Shown piece after piece: positions 1 through 9,173 of a stretch of 64,000 nt of DNA. Below the pieces are notes generated by a model. The model saw only the letters and a program-made list of their open reading frames with translations. It searched no databases and was not told the origin of the DNA. Both the position numbers and the translations under genes were made by a program. The DNA is from an uncultured Anaerolineaceae bacterium (lineage in GTDB: Bacteria > Chloroflexota > Anaerolineae > Anaerolineales > Anaerolineaceae), in contig CAYQUO010000001.1 of assembly GCA_964420835.1 (NCBI GenBank), positions 19,643 through 83,642 of the forward strand. The letters run 5' to 3'. Within the stretch, counting starts at the first letter, position 1, and the number at the start of each line of letters is the position of its first letter.

Positions 1-2
1 GG

Positions 3-884
3 ATTGCACCACCAACCCCTGGCAGCCCCTTGCCGCAGGGACAAGATATATCCTATTCTCCGCTGGAAGGCGGCCAGGTGCTGCTGTGGGCCGTCGGGGC
101 GGCTGCCAGCTCCAACGCCGGGGATGCGGCGTACCATGCCTCCCGGGCGACCGGAAAGCCCGATACGTTCCTCTGCGGGGATTACGTAACCGCCTGGCAG
201 CCGTCTGAAGAGGAGCGGGAAGCCTGGCTCGAACTGGACTATCTCCCTCACATCCTCGCAAACGGGATCCATATCGAGCAATCCAACCGGCCCAACCAGG
301 TCAGCCGGGTCGAGTTGTTCACCGTGGATGGGGAGAGGATCACAATCTACGATTCCCGCCAGGAAGCACCTGTCGGGACGGGCGAATGCCCGGCATCCCT
401 CGTCCTCACCGTGCCGGATATGGATGCGCTTGTCCGCTCGGTGCGCATCACGGTAGAACGGGATGCAGATGAAGCCTGGACGCAGATCGATGCGGTGGGA
501 TTAACCGGCCTCGTCGCGGAAGGATTGCCGGCATTGGAGCCAACCCCGGTGTGGGCAAACGGGGAAGAGCCGGACGACCCGTTCCAACCCGTCCATTATT
601 CGAACAGGAACCGCATCAGCAGCATCCTTTTCGAGGGCGACACCCTCTGGGCAGCCGGTGACGGCGGCATCGTCGCCTGGGATTTGGGCGGGTCCGCGGA
701 ACCCGGGTACATCCATGCCGGCCCCATGGCCACCCATGCCCTTGCTTTCTGCGATTTTGCGGAACCGCTGATCGTCGCCGGCGGCGACAAAGGCGTCTTC
801 ACCCTCAGCCGGCCGAGCGATTCGGGGTTCAGCCCCCCCTTTCAACCGCTTGAGCACCCGGGGGGGACGGGTTTGGCCGGGTAA
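3..884 (+). CDS. beta-propeller repeat protein, N-terminal part (5' end runs off the window; reading frame breaks at a G7 tract)
   Basis: The frame is open from the window edge with no stop before the listed TTG at 30. The C-terminal text (LWAAGDGGIVAWDLGG...LIVAGGDKGVF) looks like two-component-regulator-propeller repeats. The stop at 882-884 lies just after the G-run at 860-866. Confidence 0.5.
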   Translation: MAPPTPGSPLPQGQDISYSPLEGGQVLLWAVGAAASSNAGDAAYHASRATGKPDTFLCGDYVTAWQPSEEEREAWLELDYLPHILANGIHIEQSNRPNQVSRVELFTVDGERITIYDSRQEAPVGTGECPASLVLTVPDMDALVRSVRITVERDADEAWTQIDAVGLTGLVAEGLPALEPTPVWANGEEPDDPFQPVHYSNRNRISSILFEGDTLWAAGDGGIVAWDLGGSAEPGYIHAGPMATHALAFCDFAEPLIVAGGDKGVFTLSRPSDSGFSPPFQPLEHPGGTGLAG

Positions 885-955
885 CTGCGCTGGGGTGTGA
901 TGAGGAACTGCAGCAGGTCTGGGTCGGTTATGCCGGGCATCTCAGCCGATACGAT

Positions 956-2410
956 GTGGGCACGCAAACCTGGAAGGAGACCCCGCTGGATGACCGTTTG
1001 CCAGGCGACAGCGTACGGCAGATCCGCGTTATTGACGGGAAGGTGTGGGTGGCCACTGCAGCCGGTGTTGCAGTCCTGCAAAACGGCCGCGTTCAGCAGG
1101 TTTACACGGCGGGTAACAGCGGGTTGCCCTCCCAATTTGTACATGCCATCGGCACCGATGAATCGTCCACAATTTGGATGGCCACTTCGGGCGGCCTGGC
1201 ATCCTTTGACGGGCGGTCCTGGCGATCCTGGCCCGCAGATGAGATCAATGCCGGCCCGATGGGCAACCACCTGGTGAGCCTGCGCCAGGACCCGGGCGGC
1301 AGCCTGTGGCTGGCGGATTTCTTTGGTTCAGTCTGCGAATTCATTCCCGGTTGGAACCACTGCAGGCAGGTGATCCTGCCGCCGGACCGGTTCAATTCGA
1401 CTGACGCCTTCGACATCGACGGGCGCGGGCGCATGGCCATCGGCAGCATCACTGATGGGCTGTGGTTGTACTCGGAAGGGGAGTGGACAGCCCTGCGCAC
1501 CCGCGACCAGCCGCTCAGCAACGCCTTCCTGGCCATGGCAGCCACACCCGACGGCCAGGTGTGGCTGGCTGGAAGGGATGGGCTGCAGCGGTTCCAGGCT
1601 TCCCGCCCGGCCGCCCCCTGGATGACCTTTCCCCTGCCGGACAATGCCACGCCGCACAGTTTTTTCGTGGGCAGCGACGGGCTATGGATCGGCTATACGG
1701 GCGGTGCGCGGTTCGTGCCCCACCTGAAAGGCCGGGAGGTTGTCGACATCCCCCTGCAGGATCAAGATCCCGGGGTCGACAATACCGTAACGGCCATCAA
1801 CCGGGATGACGAAGGCAGGCTGTATTTTGGGCTGGGCACCGGTTTGATCATTTGGAACGGGACAAGCCTGCAATTTGAGGACCTGCGCAGCGATGCGGAA
1901 AGGCAGGCCGGCCAGGCCGCCCCAAGGGTGAACAGCCTTTATTTTGACAGCGCATCCATGTGGGTGGGGGCAAGCAACGGGCTTTACCGGTTCAGGAATG
2001 GCAGGCTGGCGGAAACCTGGGCGGAAAAGTTGCAGGAAGTTTCTTCCTATTACGCATCTTCCGTGGGGGCGATCATGCCCTGTCCGCGCGGCGAACAATT
2101 GCTGGCAGGCATCGGCAGGGAACTGTTCCTGTTCGATGGCGGCCGTTTTGAGCGGGTTTTGGAACTGCCCGGCGAAATCCGCAGTATGGCCGCCGGCCCC
2201 TACCAGCTGTGGCTGGCCACCGCCAACTCCGGATTCTACAGCGTACCCATGGACGATTCGCCGACCATCTACTGGGAAAATGCATCCAGGAACCGGGAAT
2301 TGCCGGACCGTTTTGGCTACCAGGCCATCTGCATGACCGATGCATATACATTGTGGGTTGCATCCATGGAGAGCGGGCTGGTGCGAATCCCGGGCATGTT
2401 CGGCCAATGA
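956..2410 (+). CDS. beta-propeller repeat protein (two-component regulator propeller-like), C-terminal part
   Basis: The protein has repeated motifs such as VWVATAAGVAVL, IWMATSGGLASFDG, LWLYSEGEW, VWLAGRDGLQRF and LWVASMESGLVRI. This frame is already open from 854 and reads propeller-like text upstream of the listed GTG start. Confidence 0.6.
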   Translation: MGTQTWKETPLDDRLPGDSVRQIRVIDGKVWVATAAGVAVLQNGRVQQVYTAGNSGLPSQFVHAIGTDESSTIWMATSGGLASFDGRSWRSWPADEINAGPMGNHLVSLRQDPGGSLWLADFFGSVCEFIPGWNHCRQVILPPDRFNSTDAFDIDGRGRMAIGSITDGLWLYSEGEWTALRTRDQPLSNAFLAMAATPDGQVWLAGRDGLQRFQASRPAAPWMTFPLPDNATPHSFFVGSDGLWIGYTGGARFVPHLKGREVVDIPLQDQDPGVDNTVTAINRDDEGRLYFGLGTGLIIWNGTSLQFEDLRSDAERQAGQAAPRVNSLYFDSASMWVGASNGLYRFRNGRLAETWAEKLQEVSSYYASSVGAIMPCPRGEQLLAGIGRELFLFDGGRFERVLELPGEIRSMAAGPYQLWLATANSGFYSVPMDDSPTIYWENASRNRELPDRFGYQAICMTDAYTLWVASMESGLVRIPGMFGQ

Positions 2411-2537
2411 TCGCAGAACGGCCGCATCGCATGGGGCCACCCCTGTTGTTACGAACCCGGGGTTGAACCAGGCGTTCCAGGCCATGCCCTGGCAGCGGGC
2501 ATCCAGCCCTGCTCAAGGCCTGGCGCCCCAGCCCCGC

Positions 2538-2566
2538 TTGACACAGTTGGCAGGCCTATCTATAAT
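2538..2566 (+). promoter_or_regulatory. sigma70-type promoter, perfect consensus (TTGACA-N17-TATAAT), upstream of iolB
   Basis: ttgaca is at 2538-2543, followed by a 17-nt spacer and tataat at 2561-2566. This leaves a leader of about 95 nt before the iolB ATG at 2664. Confidence 0.7.
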
Positions 2567-2663
2567 GATGCCCACAATACCTGGTTGAAACACGGCGCCC
2601 GGCGGAAGGGCGGCAGCCCCATTTTCCCCAACTGCCGGCGCCCGGAATGCATGGAGAACCCCA

Positions 2664-3584
2664 ATGAGAACCTATAACGCAGGCAACCTGGTGGTGCACC
2701 CGCACACCCCCTCCGGCGACCCCGACCGCATTGTGCAGGTCACTCCCGAGATCGCCGGCTGGAGGTACATTCATTTTGAGGCCCGGCGCCTGGGCCGGGG
2801 CCGGCGCTGGCAGGCCGAAACAGGCGAAATGGAGGCCGCCCTGGTGATGCTGGGCGGCGTGCTGGATGTCGATTCCAGCGCCGGCTCATGGCAGGATGTG
2901 GGGGAACGGTCGAACGTCTTTGCCGGGCTTCCGCATGCCCTGTACCTGCCCCGCCGCACCCGCTTCTCCCTGAGCGCCCGCACGGATGTCGAATTCGGGC
3001 TGGCGATGGTGGAAACCGGCCAGGACCACCCGCCGCGCCTGGTGCGCCCGGAGGACATCCAGGTGGAAATCCGCGGCGGCGACAACGCCACGCGCATGAT
3101 CAACAACATCCTGCCGCCGGGCTCCGACGTGGAGCGCCTGGTGGTGGTGGAGGTGTACACGCCCAGCGGCGGCTGGTCCAGTTACCCGCCGCACAAGCAC
3201 GACCGGCGCCGGCTGGACGATGCCGGCCGCCTGGTGGAGGCCGACCTGGAGGAGATCTACTATTACAAGATCGACCGGCCGGAGGGTTTTGCCATCCAGT
3301 GGGTCTACACCGACCAGGGATCGCCCCTGCAATCGGGCGGCAGCCCCATCGACGCCCTGCTGCGGGTGCAAAACGACGACATCGTCCTGGTGCCCGAGGG
3401 CTACCACCCGGTGGTCTCACCGCCGGGTTACCGGACGTACTACCTGAACATCCTGGCCGGCTCGGACCAGGCCCTGACGGCCGTGGATGACCCGCGCTTC
3501 AGTTGGGTGAAGCAGAGTTACACCACCCGCAACCCGGCCGTGCCGCTGTACGACATCTCCCGGGCCGCCGGCGTTTCATCCTGA
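2664..3584 (+). CDS. iolB: 5-deoxy-glucuronate isomerase
   Basis: The 306-aa cupin-like protein carries IolB-type text (SYPPHKHDRR...EEIYYYKIDRPEGFAIQWVYTD...LVPEGYHPVVSPPGY). It lies next to iolD and iolG. Confidence 0.88.
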   Translation: MRTYNAGNLVVHPHTPSGDPDRIVQVTPEIAGWRYIHFEARRLGRGRRWQAETGEMEAALVMLGGVLDVDSSAGSWQDVGERSNVFAGLPHALYLPRRTRFSLSARTDVEFGLAMVETGQDHPPRLVRPEDIQVEIRGGDNATRMINNILPPGSDVERLVVVEVYTPSGGWSSYPPHKHDRRRLDDAGRLVEADLEEIYYYKIDRPEGFAIQWVYTDQGSPLQSGGSPIDALLRVQNDDIVLVPEGYHPVVSPPGYRTYYLNILAGSDQALTAVDDPRFSWVKQSYTTRNPAVPLYDISRAAGVSS

Positions 3585-3624
3585 GCCGGGGGTTGTCCAT
3601 GCCCCCGCGAACACGGAGACGACC

Positions 3625-5502
3625 ATGAGCACGATCCGACTGACCACTGCCCAGGCCATCGTCCGCTTCCTGAAGAACCAGCACGTGGAGCGCGATGGCC
3701 GTCAGGGCGCTTTTTTTGCCGGCATGCTGGGTATTTTTGGCCATGGCAACGTGGCTGGCATCGGCCAGGCGCTGCAGCAGAACCCGGACTTCCGCTACGT
3801 GCAGGTGAAGAACGAGCAGGCCGGCGTGCACCTGGCTGCAGGCTACGCCAAGATGCGCAACCGGCTGGGCGCCTGGGCCTGCACCTCTTCCATTGGCCCG
3901 GGGGCCACCAACATGGTCACCGGGGCGGCCCTGGCCACCATCAACCGGCTGCCTGTGCTGCTGCTTCCGGGCGACATCTTCGCCCGGCGCAACGTGGCTC
4001 CGGTGCTGCAGCAACTGGAATCCCCTTCCAGCCAGGATGTCAGCGTAAACGATGCCTTCAAACCGGTGTCGCGCTACTGGGACCGCATCAACCGTCCGGA
4101 GCAGGTCATCACCTCCTTGCCGGAGGCAATGCGCCTGCTCGTCTCGCCTTCTGACACCGGCGCGGTGACCCTGGCGCTGCCGCAGGATGTGCAGGCCGAG
4201 GCGTTCGACTTCCCGGCAGCACTGTTCGAGAAGCGGGTGTGGCACATCCCGCGCCCCCCGGCTGACCGCGGCCTGCTGCGGCGGGCGGTGGAGGTGATCC
4301 GCGGCAGCCAAAAGCCGCTCATCGTTGCCGGGGGCGGGGTTTTGTACAGCGAGGCCACGGCGGCGCTGGATGCCTTCACCCGGCAGACGGGCATCCCGGT
4401 CTGCGAAACACAGGCTGGCAAGGGCTGCCTGCCCTGGGACCATCCCCTGAACACGGGGGCGGTGGGCGCCACCGGAACACTGGCCGCCAACCGCCTGGCT
4501 GCCGCGGCCGACGTGGTCATCGGCATTGGCACGCGTTACAGCGACTTCACCACCGCCTCGCACACCGCCTTCCAGAACCCGCAGGTGGTGTTCATTAACA
4601 TCAACACGGCCGAATTCGACGCCCACAAGCATAGCGGCATCCCGCTGACCGCCGATGCCCGGGTGACCCTGGAGGAACTGGCTGAAGCCCTGCAGGGCTG
4701 GAAGACCGGGGCGGATTACGGCCGGACGATCAGCGGCCTGAAGCAGGAATGGGACGCCGAGGTGGAGCGCCTGTTCCACCTGGAAAACCAGCCGCTTCCG
4801 GCGCAAAGTGCCGTCATCGGGGCGGTTTGGGAGGCAGCCGGGCCGCGCGACGTGATGGTCTCGGCGGCTGGCAGCCACCCGGGCGACCTGCACAAACTGT
4901 GGCGCCCGCACGGACCAAACGGCTACCACCTGGAGTACGGCTACTCGTGCATGGGCTACGAGATCCCCGGCGCCCTGGGCGTAAAACTGGCCGACCCAAG
5001 CCGCGAGGTCTTCGCCTTCGTGGGCGATGGCACCTACCTGATGATGCCCGGCGAACTGGCAACCAGCGTGCAGGAGGGCATTAAAATAATCGTCGTCCTG
5101 ATGGACAACCACGGATTTGCCAGCATCGGCGGGCTGAGCGGCTCGCTGGGGAGCGCCGGTTTCGGCACACGCTATCGCAGCCGCAGCCCGCAGAGCGGGC
5201 AACTGGACGGCGAACCGCTGCAGATTGACTTCGCCGCCAACGCCGCCAGCCTGGGCGCCAGCAGTCTGCGGGCGCGCAGCATCCCCGAACTTCGCGAGGC
5301 GCTGCAGAAGGCCAAGGCCAGCACCCGTACAACGGTCATCGTGGTGGAGACCGAGCGCGAGGTGCGCGTTCCGGGCTACGAATCGTGGTGGGATGTGGCC
5401 GTGGCGGAGGTGTCCGAGATGGACAGCGTAAAACAGGCGCGGGCGGCTTATGAAGAGGCGCTGAAAAAAGAGCGCCATTACCTGAAGCCGGCGGGCAATT
5501 AA
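3625..5502 (+). CDS. iolD: 3D-(3,5/4)-trihydroxycyclohexane-1,2-dione acylhydrolase (ThDP-dependent)
   Basis: The 625-aa protein has an IolD-type N-terminus (IRLTTAQAIVRFLKNQ). It also has the ThDP-binding motif GDGTYLMMPGELAT...VVLMDNHGFASIG. Confidence 0.9.
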   Translation: MSTIRLTTAQAIVRFLKNQHVERDGRQGAFFAGMLGIFGHGNVAGIGQALQQNPDFRYVQVKNEQAGVHLAAGYAKMRNRLGAWACTSSIGPGATNMVTGAALATINRLPVLLLPGDIFARRNVAPVLQQLESPSSQDVSVNDAFKPVSRYWDRINRPEQVITSLPEAMRLLVSPSDTGAVTLALPQDVQAEAFDFPAALFEKRVWHIPRPPADRGLLRRAVEVIRGSQKPLIVAGGGVLYSEATAALDAFTRQTGIPVCETQAGKGCLPWDHPLNTGAVGATGTLAANRLAAAADVVIGIGTRYSDFTTASHTAFQNPQVVFININTAEFDAHKHSGIPLTADARVTLEELAEALQGWKTGADYGRTISGLKQEWDAEVERLFHLENQPLPAQSAVIGAVWEAAGPRDVMVSAAGSHPGDLHKLWRPHGPNGYHLEYGYSCMGYEIPGALGVKLADPSREVFAFVGDGTYLMMPGELATSVQEGIKIIVVLMDNHGFASIGGLSGSLGSAGFGTRYRSRSPQSGQLDGEPLQIDFAANAASLGASSLRARSIPELREALQKAKASTRTTVIVVETEREVRVPGYESWWDVAVAEVSEMDSVKQARAAYEEALKKERHYLKPAGN

Positions 5503-5574
5503 GCGCCGGCACGGGGCTGGTGCGGCAACGGCGGCACCTGCCCGGAAAATCACCTACAACCCGTGGAGGGAAAT

Positions 5575-6594
5575 ATGAGCAGGGAACGATTGAACATTGG
5601 AATCATCGGCGCAGGGCAAATTGGCCAGGTGCATACCGTCAACCTGGCCTTCCGCATCCCGGAGGCCAACCCGTTGCTGATCGCGGATGTGAACCTGGAA
5701 GCCGCCCGGAACCTGGCAGACCGTTGCCGCATTCCCCGCGCGGTTGCCGACTACCGGGAGGTGCTGGCTGACCCCGGTGTGGAGGCGGTGGTGATCTGTT
5801 CCTCCACCAACACGCACGCCCACCTCACCGCCGAGGCCGCCCGGGCGGGCAAGCACATCTTTTGTGAAAAACCGCTTGACCTGAGCCTGGAGAACATTGA
5901 CGCCGCCCTTGAGGTGGTGAAGCAGGCGAAGGTGAAACTGCAGGTCGGCTTTAACCGGCGCTTTGACCCCAATTTTGCCCGCGTCCGCCGGGCCGTGGTG
6001 GAAGGCGAGATCGGCAGGCCGCAGTTGCTGCACATCATCAGCCGCGACCCGGCCCCGCCGCCCATCAGTTACGTGCAGGTCTCCGGTGGCATGTTCCTGG
6101 ATATGACCATCCACGATTTTGACATGGCCCGCTTCCTCATCGGCAGCGAGGTGGAAGAGGTGTACACCGCCGCCGGGGTGACGGTGGACCAGGCCATTGG
6201 CAAAGCCGGCGACCTGGATACCGCCGTGGTGATGTTGAAGTTCGCCAACGGCGTGATCGGCACCATCGACAACTGCCGGCAGGCAGTGTACGGCTACGAC
6301 CAGAGGGTGGAACTGCTGGGCAGCAAGGGGTCGGTGGCTGCCAGCAACAACTACCCCAATGAGGTCGTCTTTTCGCTGGCAGACAACGTCCGCCGCGACC
6401 TGCCGCTCAATTTTTTCATGGAGCGCTACACTGAGAGTTATGTTAATGAAATGAGCGCCTTCGTGGAGTCGGTGTTGAAGGACAAACCCACCCCGGTAAC
6501 CGGAGCCGAAAGCCGAATCCCGGTGGTGATGGGGCTGGCGGCCCGCAGATCCTACGACGAGAACCGCCCGGTGCGCCTGGACGAGATCCAATAA
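5575..6594 (+). CDS. iolG: myo-inositol 2-dehydrogenase (Gfo/Idh/MocA family)
   Basis: It has a Rossmann N-terminus (NIGIIGAGQIGQVH) and the FCEKPL motif. I prefer the ATG at 5575 because GGAGG sits 5-6 nt upstream; the listed GTG at 5563 is less likely. Confidence 0.85.
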   Translation: MSRERLNIGIIGAGQIGQVHTVNLAFRIPEANPLLIADVNLEAARNLADRCRIPRAVADYREVLADPGVEAVVICSSTNTHAHLTAEAARAGKHIFCEKPLDLSLENIDAALEVVKQAKVKLQVGFNRRFDPNFARVRRAVVEGEIGRPQLLHIISRDPAPPPISYVQVSGGMFLDMTIHDFDMARFLIGSEVEEVYTAAGVTVDQAIGKAGDLDTAVVMLKFANGVIGTIDNCRQAVYGYDQRVELLGSKGSVAASNNYPNEVVFSLADNVRRDLPLNFFMERYTESYVNEMSAFVESVLKDKPTPVTGAESRIPVVMGLAARRSYDENRPVRLDEIQ

Positions 6595-6621
6595 GCAGCC
6601 GGGACGATAACAGGAACCCTG

Positions 6622-6650
6622 CCGCCCTTACCCTTCAGCGGTGAGGGCGG
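6622..6650 (+). terminator. GC-rich hairpin after iolG (possible terminator or attenuator, no U-tract)
   Basis: CCGCCCTTACC (6622-6632) pairs with GGTGAGGGCGG (6640-6650), giving 11 bp with one G-U and a 7-nt loop. It is followed by AUGUAUAUAUAGGAG and then the ATG at 6672. Confidence 0.35.
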
Positions 6651-6671
6651 ATGTATATATAGGAGACGAAC

Positions 6672-7340
6672 ATGATACCCGACTACCAGATCATTTTGCG
6701 CTTGCTGCTTGCCGCCGGGCTGGGAGCACTGGTGGGCTTGGAGCGTGAACTGCGCGGTCAGTTCGCCGGGCTGCGCACGTACATCATCCTGGTCACCGGT
6801 GCCGCGCTTTCCATGACTGTTTCCATCAACTTGGCCATCCAGTTCCATCCGCTGGCGCCCAATGGAGACCCGGCGCGGCTGGCCGCCCAGGTGGTTTCAG
6901 GCATCGGTTTTTTGGGGGCAGGTGCCATTCTGCGCTTTGGCAGCCACGTGAAGGGCCTGACCACGGCAACCTCGCTGTGGTCCATGGCCATGGTGGGGCT
7001 GGCGGTGGGGGCCGGGCATATTCATGCGGGATTGGCGGCCACGGTCATCCTGCTTGTGGCCCTGGCCGTGCTGGACTTCGTGGAAGGGCGCTTGATCCTC
7101 TCCTATGAGGACACACCCATCCACCTCTGTGCGGAGGAAGGCTCGGCCATCCTGGAAGGGCTGCGGAAGGCCGTTGCAGGCAACCGGGGCCGAATCAGGC
7201 ATCTGTCCTTTCAAAAGGACCTGGCCACCGGCGAGATGAACGTGGAGGCCATGGCCCGCTTCCGGGAAAGGCAGGATTTGCAGCCGCTGATGGATGCCCT
7301 CAGCGCGCTGAAGGGGGTGAAAAACGTCAAGATCGGTTGA
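6672..7340 (+). CDS. MgtC/SapB family membrane protein
   Basis: It has the MgtC signature N-terminus (LLLAAGLGALVGLERELRGQFAGLRTY), several TM helices and a soluble ACT-like C-terminal domain. Confidence 0.85.
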   Translation: MIPDYQIILRLLLAAGLGALVGLERELRGQFAGLRTYIILVTGAALSMTVSINLAIQFHPLAPNGDPARLAAQVVSGIGFLGAGAILRFGSHVKGLTTATSLWSMAMVGLAVGAGHIHAGLAATVILLVALAVLDFVEGRLILSYEDTPIHLCAEEGSAILEGLRKAVAGNRGRIRHLSFQKDLATGEMNVEAMARFRERQDLQPLMDALSALKGVKNVKIG

Positions 7341-7351
7341 GCACTGGGGGG

Positions 7352-8122
7352 TTAGGGGCGTGGCTGCCGCCGCAGTAGCCCGCCCAGAAGCAACCCGCTG
7401 AAGCGAAAGAGCAGGGCCAGGGCGCCCTGCAGCAACAGGCAGGCCAGGAGCACCCGGTTAACGGCCCGCAAGCCGCGGTCCACCGGCGGCAGCAGGTGCT
7501 GTTCAAGCCAGGGGCCGGCACCCGCCAGCAGCGCCAGGACCAGGAGCAGCCCGCAGACAAGCGCCAGGGAAAGCCACGGCTTTCGGTCGCTGGCGGAGGG
7601 CAGCATGGTGCCGCTGATGCAGAAAGCCAGGTAAAACCAGAGCCAAAAATCCCTTCCGGCGGGCAACGCAGCCAGGGAGGAAAAAAAAGCGGTCCAATCG
7701 TCGGACCGGGCGGCAGCCAGTGCGTTGGCCAGCCCGGGCAGGCGGCTGCCGATCCATGCCAGCAGCAGGATGCCGGTGATCAGCGGGGCAGCCCCGATGA
7801 GCGAAGCCCGCAGGTTGCCGGTGGCGCCAACCTCCACGTAGCCAAGGCGCAGGCGGCCCCCCGCAAGCCGCTTTGGCAAAATGGAAAAACGCCCCGTACG
7901 GACCCCCAGCAGGCGGGCGGAAAGGTAGTGGCTGCCCTCGTGAAGGAGCACGCCCGGCAGCAGGAACAGGGAGAACAGCATCACGGCCAGGTCCTCCCGG
8001 GCGGTGAGCAAAATAATGCTGCGCAGGAAAGCCCGCTGCGCGCCGCGCTGTACGATGTGGAAGGCCGGCATCAGCAGCAGGAGAATTGCCAGGCTCTCCA
8101 GGCCGGTCGGCAGGGGGATCAA
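7352..8122 (-). CDS. polytopic membrane protein with HExxH motif (putative zincin-like membrane peptidase)
   Basis: It has about 6 hydrophobic segments and the motif LLHEGSHYLSARLLG. Its start overlaps the tpiA stop by 4 nt. Confidence 0.5.
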   Translation of the reverse strand: MIPLPTGLESLAILLLLMPAFHIVQRGAQRAFLRSIILLTAREDLAVMLFSLFLLPGVLLHEGSHYLSARLLGVRTGRFSILPKRLAGGRLRLGYVEVGATGNLRASLIGAAPLITGILLLAWIGSRLPGLANALAAARSDDWTAFFSSLAALPAGRDFWLWFYLAFCISGTMLPSASDRKPWLSLALVCGLLLVLALLAGAGPWLEQHLLPPVDRGLRAVNRVLLACLLLQGALALLFRFSGLLLGGLLRRQPRP

Positions 8123-8883
8123 CCCCGGCGTGAAGCGGCGAAGGTGACGCTGATGAAATCGGCCGCTTTCAGGCTGGCCCCGCCCAACAGGCCGCCGTCG
8201 ATCTCCGGCTGGCCGAAGAACTCGGCGGCGTTGTCAGGCTTGACCGAGCCGCCGTAAAGGACGCGGATGGCCGCGGCCGCCCCTGACCCGAAGAGTTCCT
8301 CGAGGGGCGGGCGGATGTATTTGTGAACGACCTGGTTGGCGTTTTCGGCGCTGGAAGGTCTGCCGCTGCCGATGGCCCAGACGGGCTCGTAGGCGACGAT
8401 GATCTTCTCCTGCTGCAGGTTTTGCAGCCCCTGCAGGCCCAGGCGCACCTGGCGGGTGACCACTTCGGCCGTGCGGCCGGATTCGTACTCTTCCAGCGTC
8501 TCTCCCACGCAGACGATGGGCACCAGGCCGGCTTCCAGGGCGGCCCTTGTCTTCCTGTTCACACTCTCATCGGTCTCTCCGAAGTAGGTGCGCCGCTCGG
8601 AGTGGCCGACCAGGGCATACTGGCAGAACTCCCTGACCATTGCGGCGGAAACCTCGCCGGTGTAGGCTCCGGAAGGCTCCCAGAAAAGGTTCTGGGCGCC
8701 CAGTCCCACACCGGAATTTTCCAACAGGCAGGATACAGACATCAAGGCCGGGTAGGGCGGGATGATGACCCGTTCCACGGCGGGGATGGCCTGCAGCCCC
8801 GGCAGCATTTCGGTCACCAGGGCAACCGCCTCCTTTGAGTTCTTGTTCATCTTCCAGTTGCCGGCAACAAACGGTTTTCTCAT
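8119..8883 (-). CDS. tpiA: triosephosphate isomerase
   Basis: MRKPFVAGNWKMNK..., VGHSERR, and 254 aa with TIM signatures throughout. Confidence 0.95.
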   Translation of the reverse strand: MRKPFVAGNWKMNKNSKEAVALVTEMLPGLQAIPAVERVIIPPYPALMSVSCLLENSGVGLGAQNLFWEPSGAYTGEVSAAMVREFCQYALVGHSERRTYFGETDESVNRKTRAALEAGLVPIVCVGETLEEYESGRTAEVVTRQVRLGLQGLQNLQQEKIIVAYEPVWAIGSGRPSSAENANQVVHKYIRPPLEELFGSGAAAAIRVLYGGSVKPDNAAEFFGQPEIDGGLLGGASLKAADFISVTFAASRRG

Positions 8884-9173
8884 TAATGAATCTCCATTGG
8901 ATCAGATAATAATTGCTGGTGCTGAATACAGGGGGGAATGGGCGGGTGAACGCCCCCTCGGGGACGACGATCATCTCCGCGGCACAGCCTCTCCGTAATC
9001 AAATCCGCTTATTTTATCTTAATAATCAACAATCCGGCAAGGGAATTGTTGACAAATGACATTCAGGGGATGGAGCAGCATGCCAATGTGCCCATTGGTG
9101 GCATGAGTTTCGTCAAGCGTTTTAGGATGTTTGATACTACAAGCTCACCCATTCAATCATTACTATATGTCTA

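Noticed and set aside
3499-5553. A 684-aa ORF on the minus strand, opposite iolD.
   Set aside because: Its composition is Ala/Arg/Gly/Pro-rich and low-complexity, with no recognisable motif. The plus-strand frame carries an unambiguous IolD/ThDP signature. This is a typical antisense ORF artefact of high-GC DNA.
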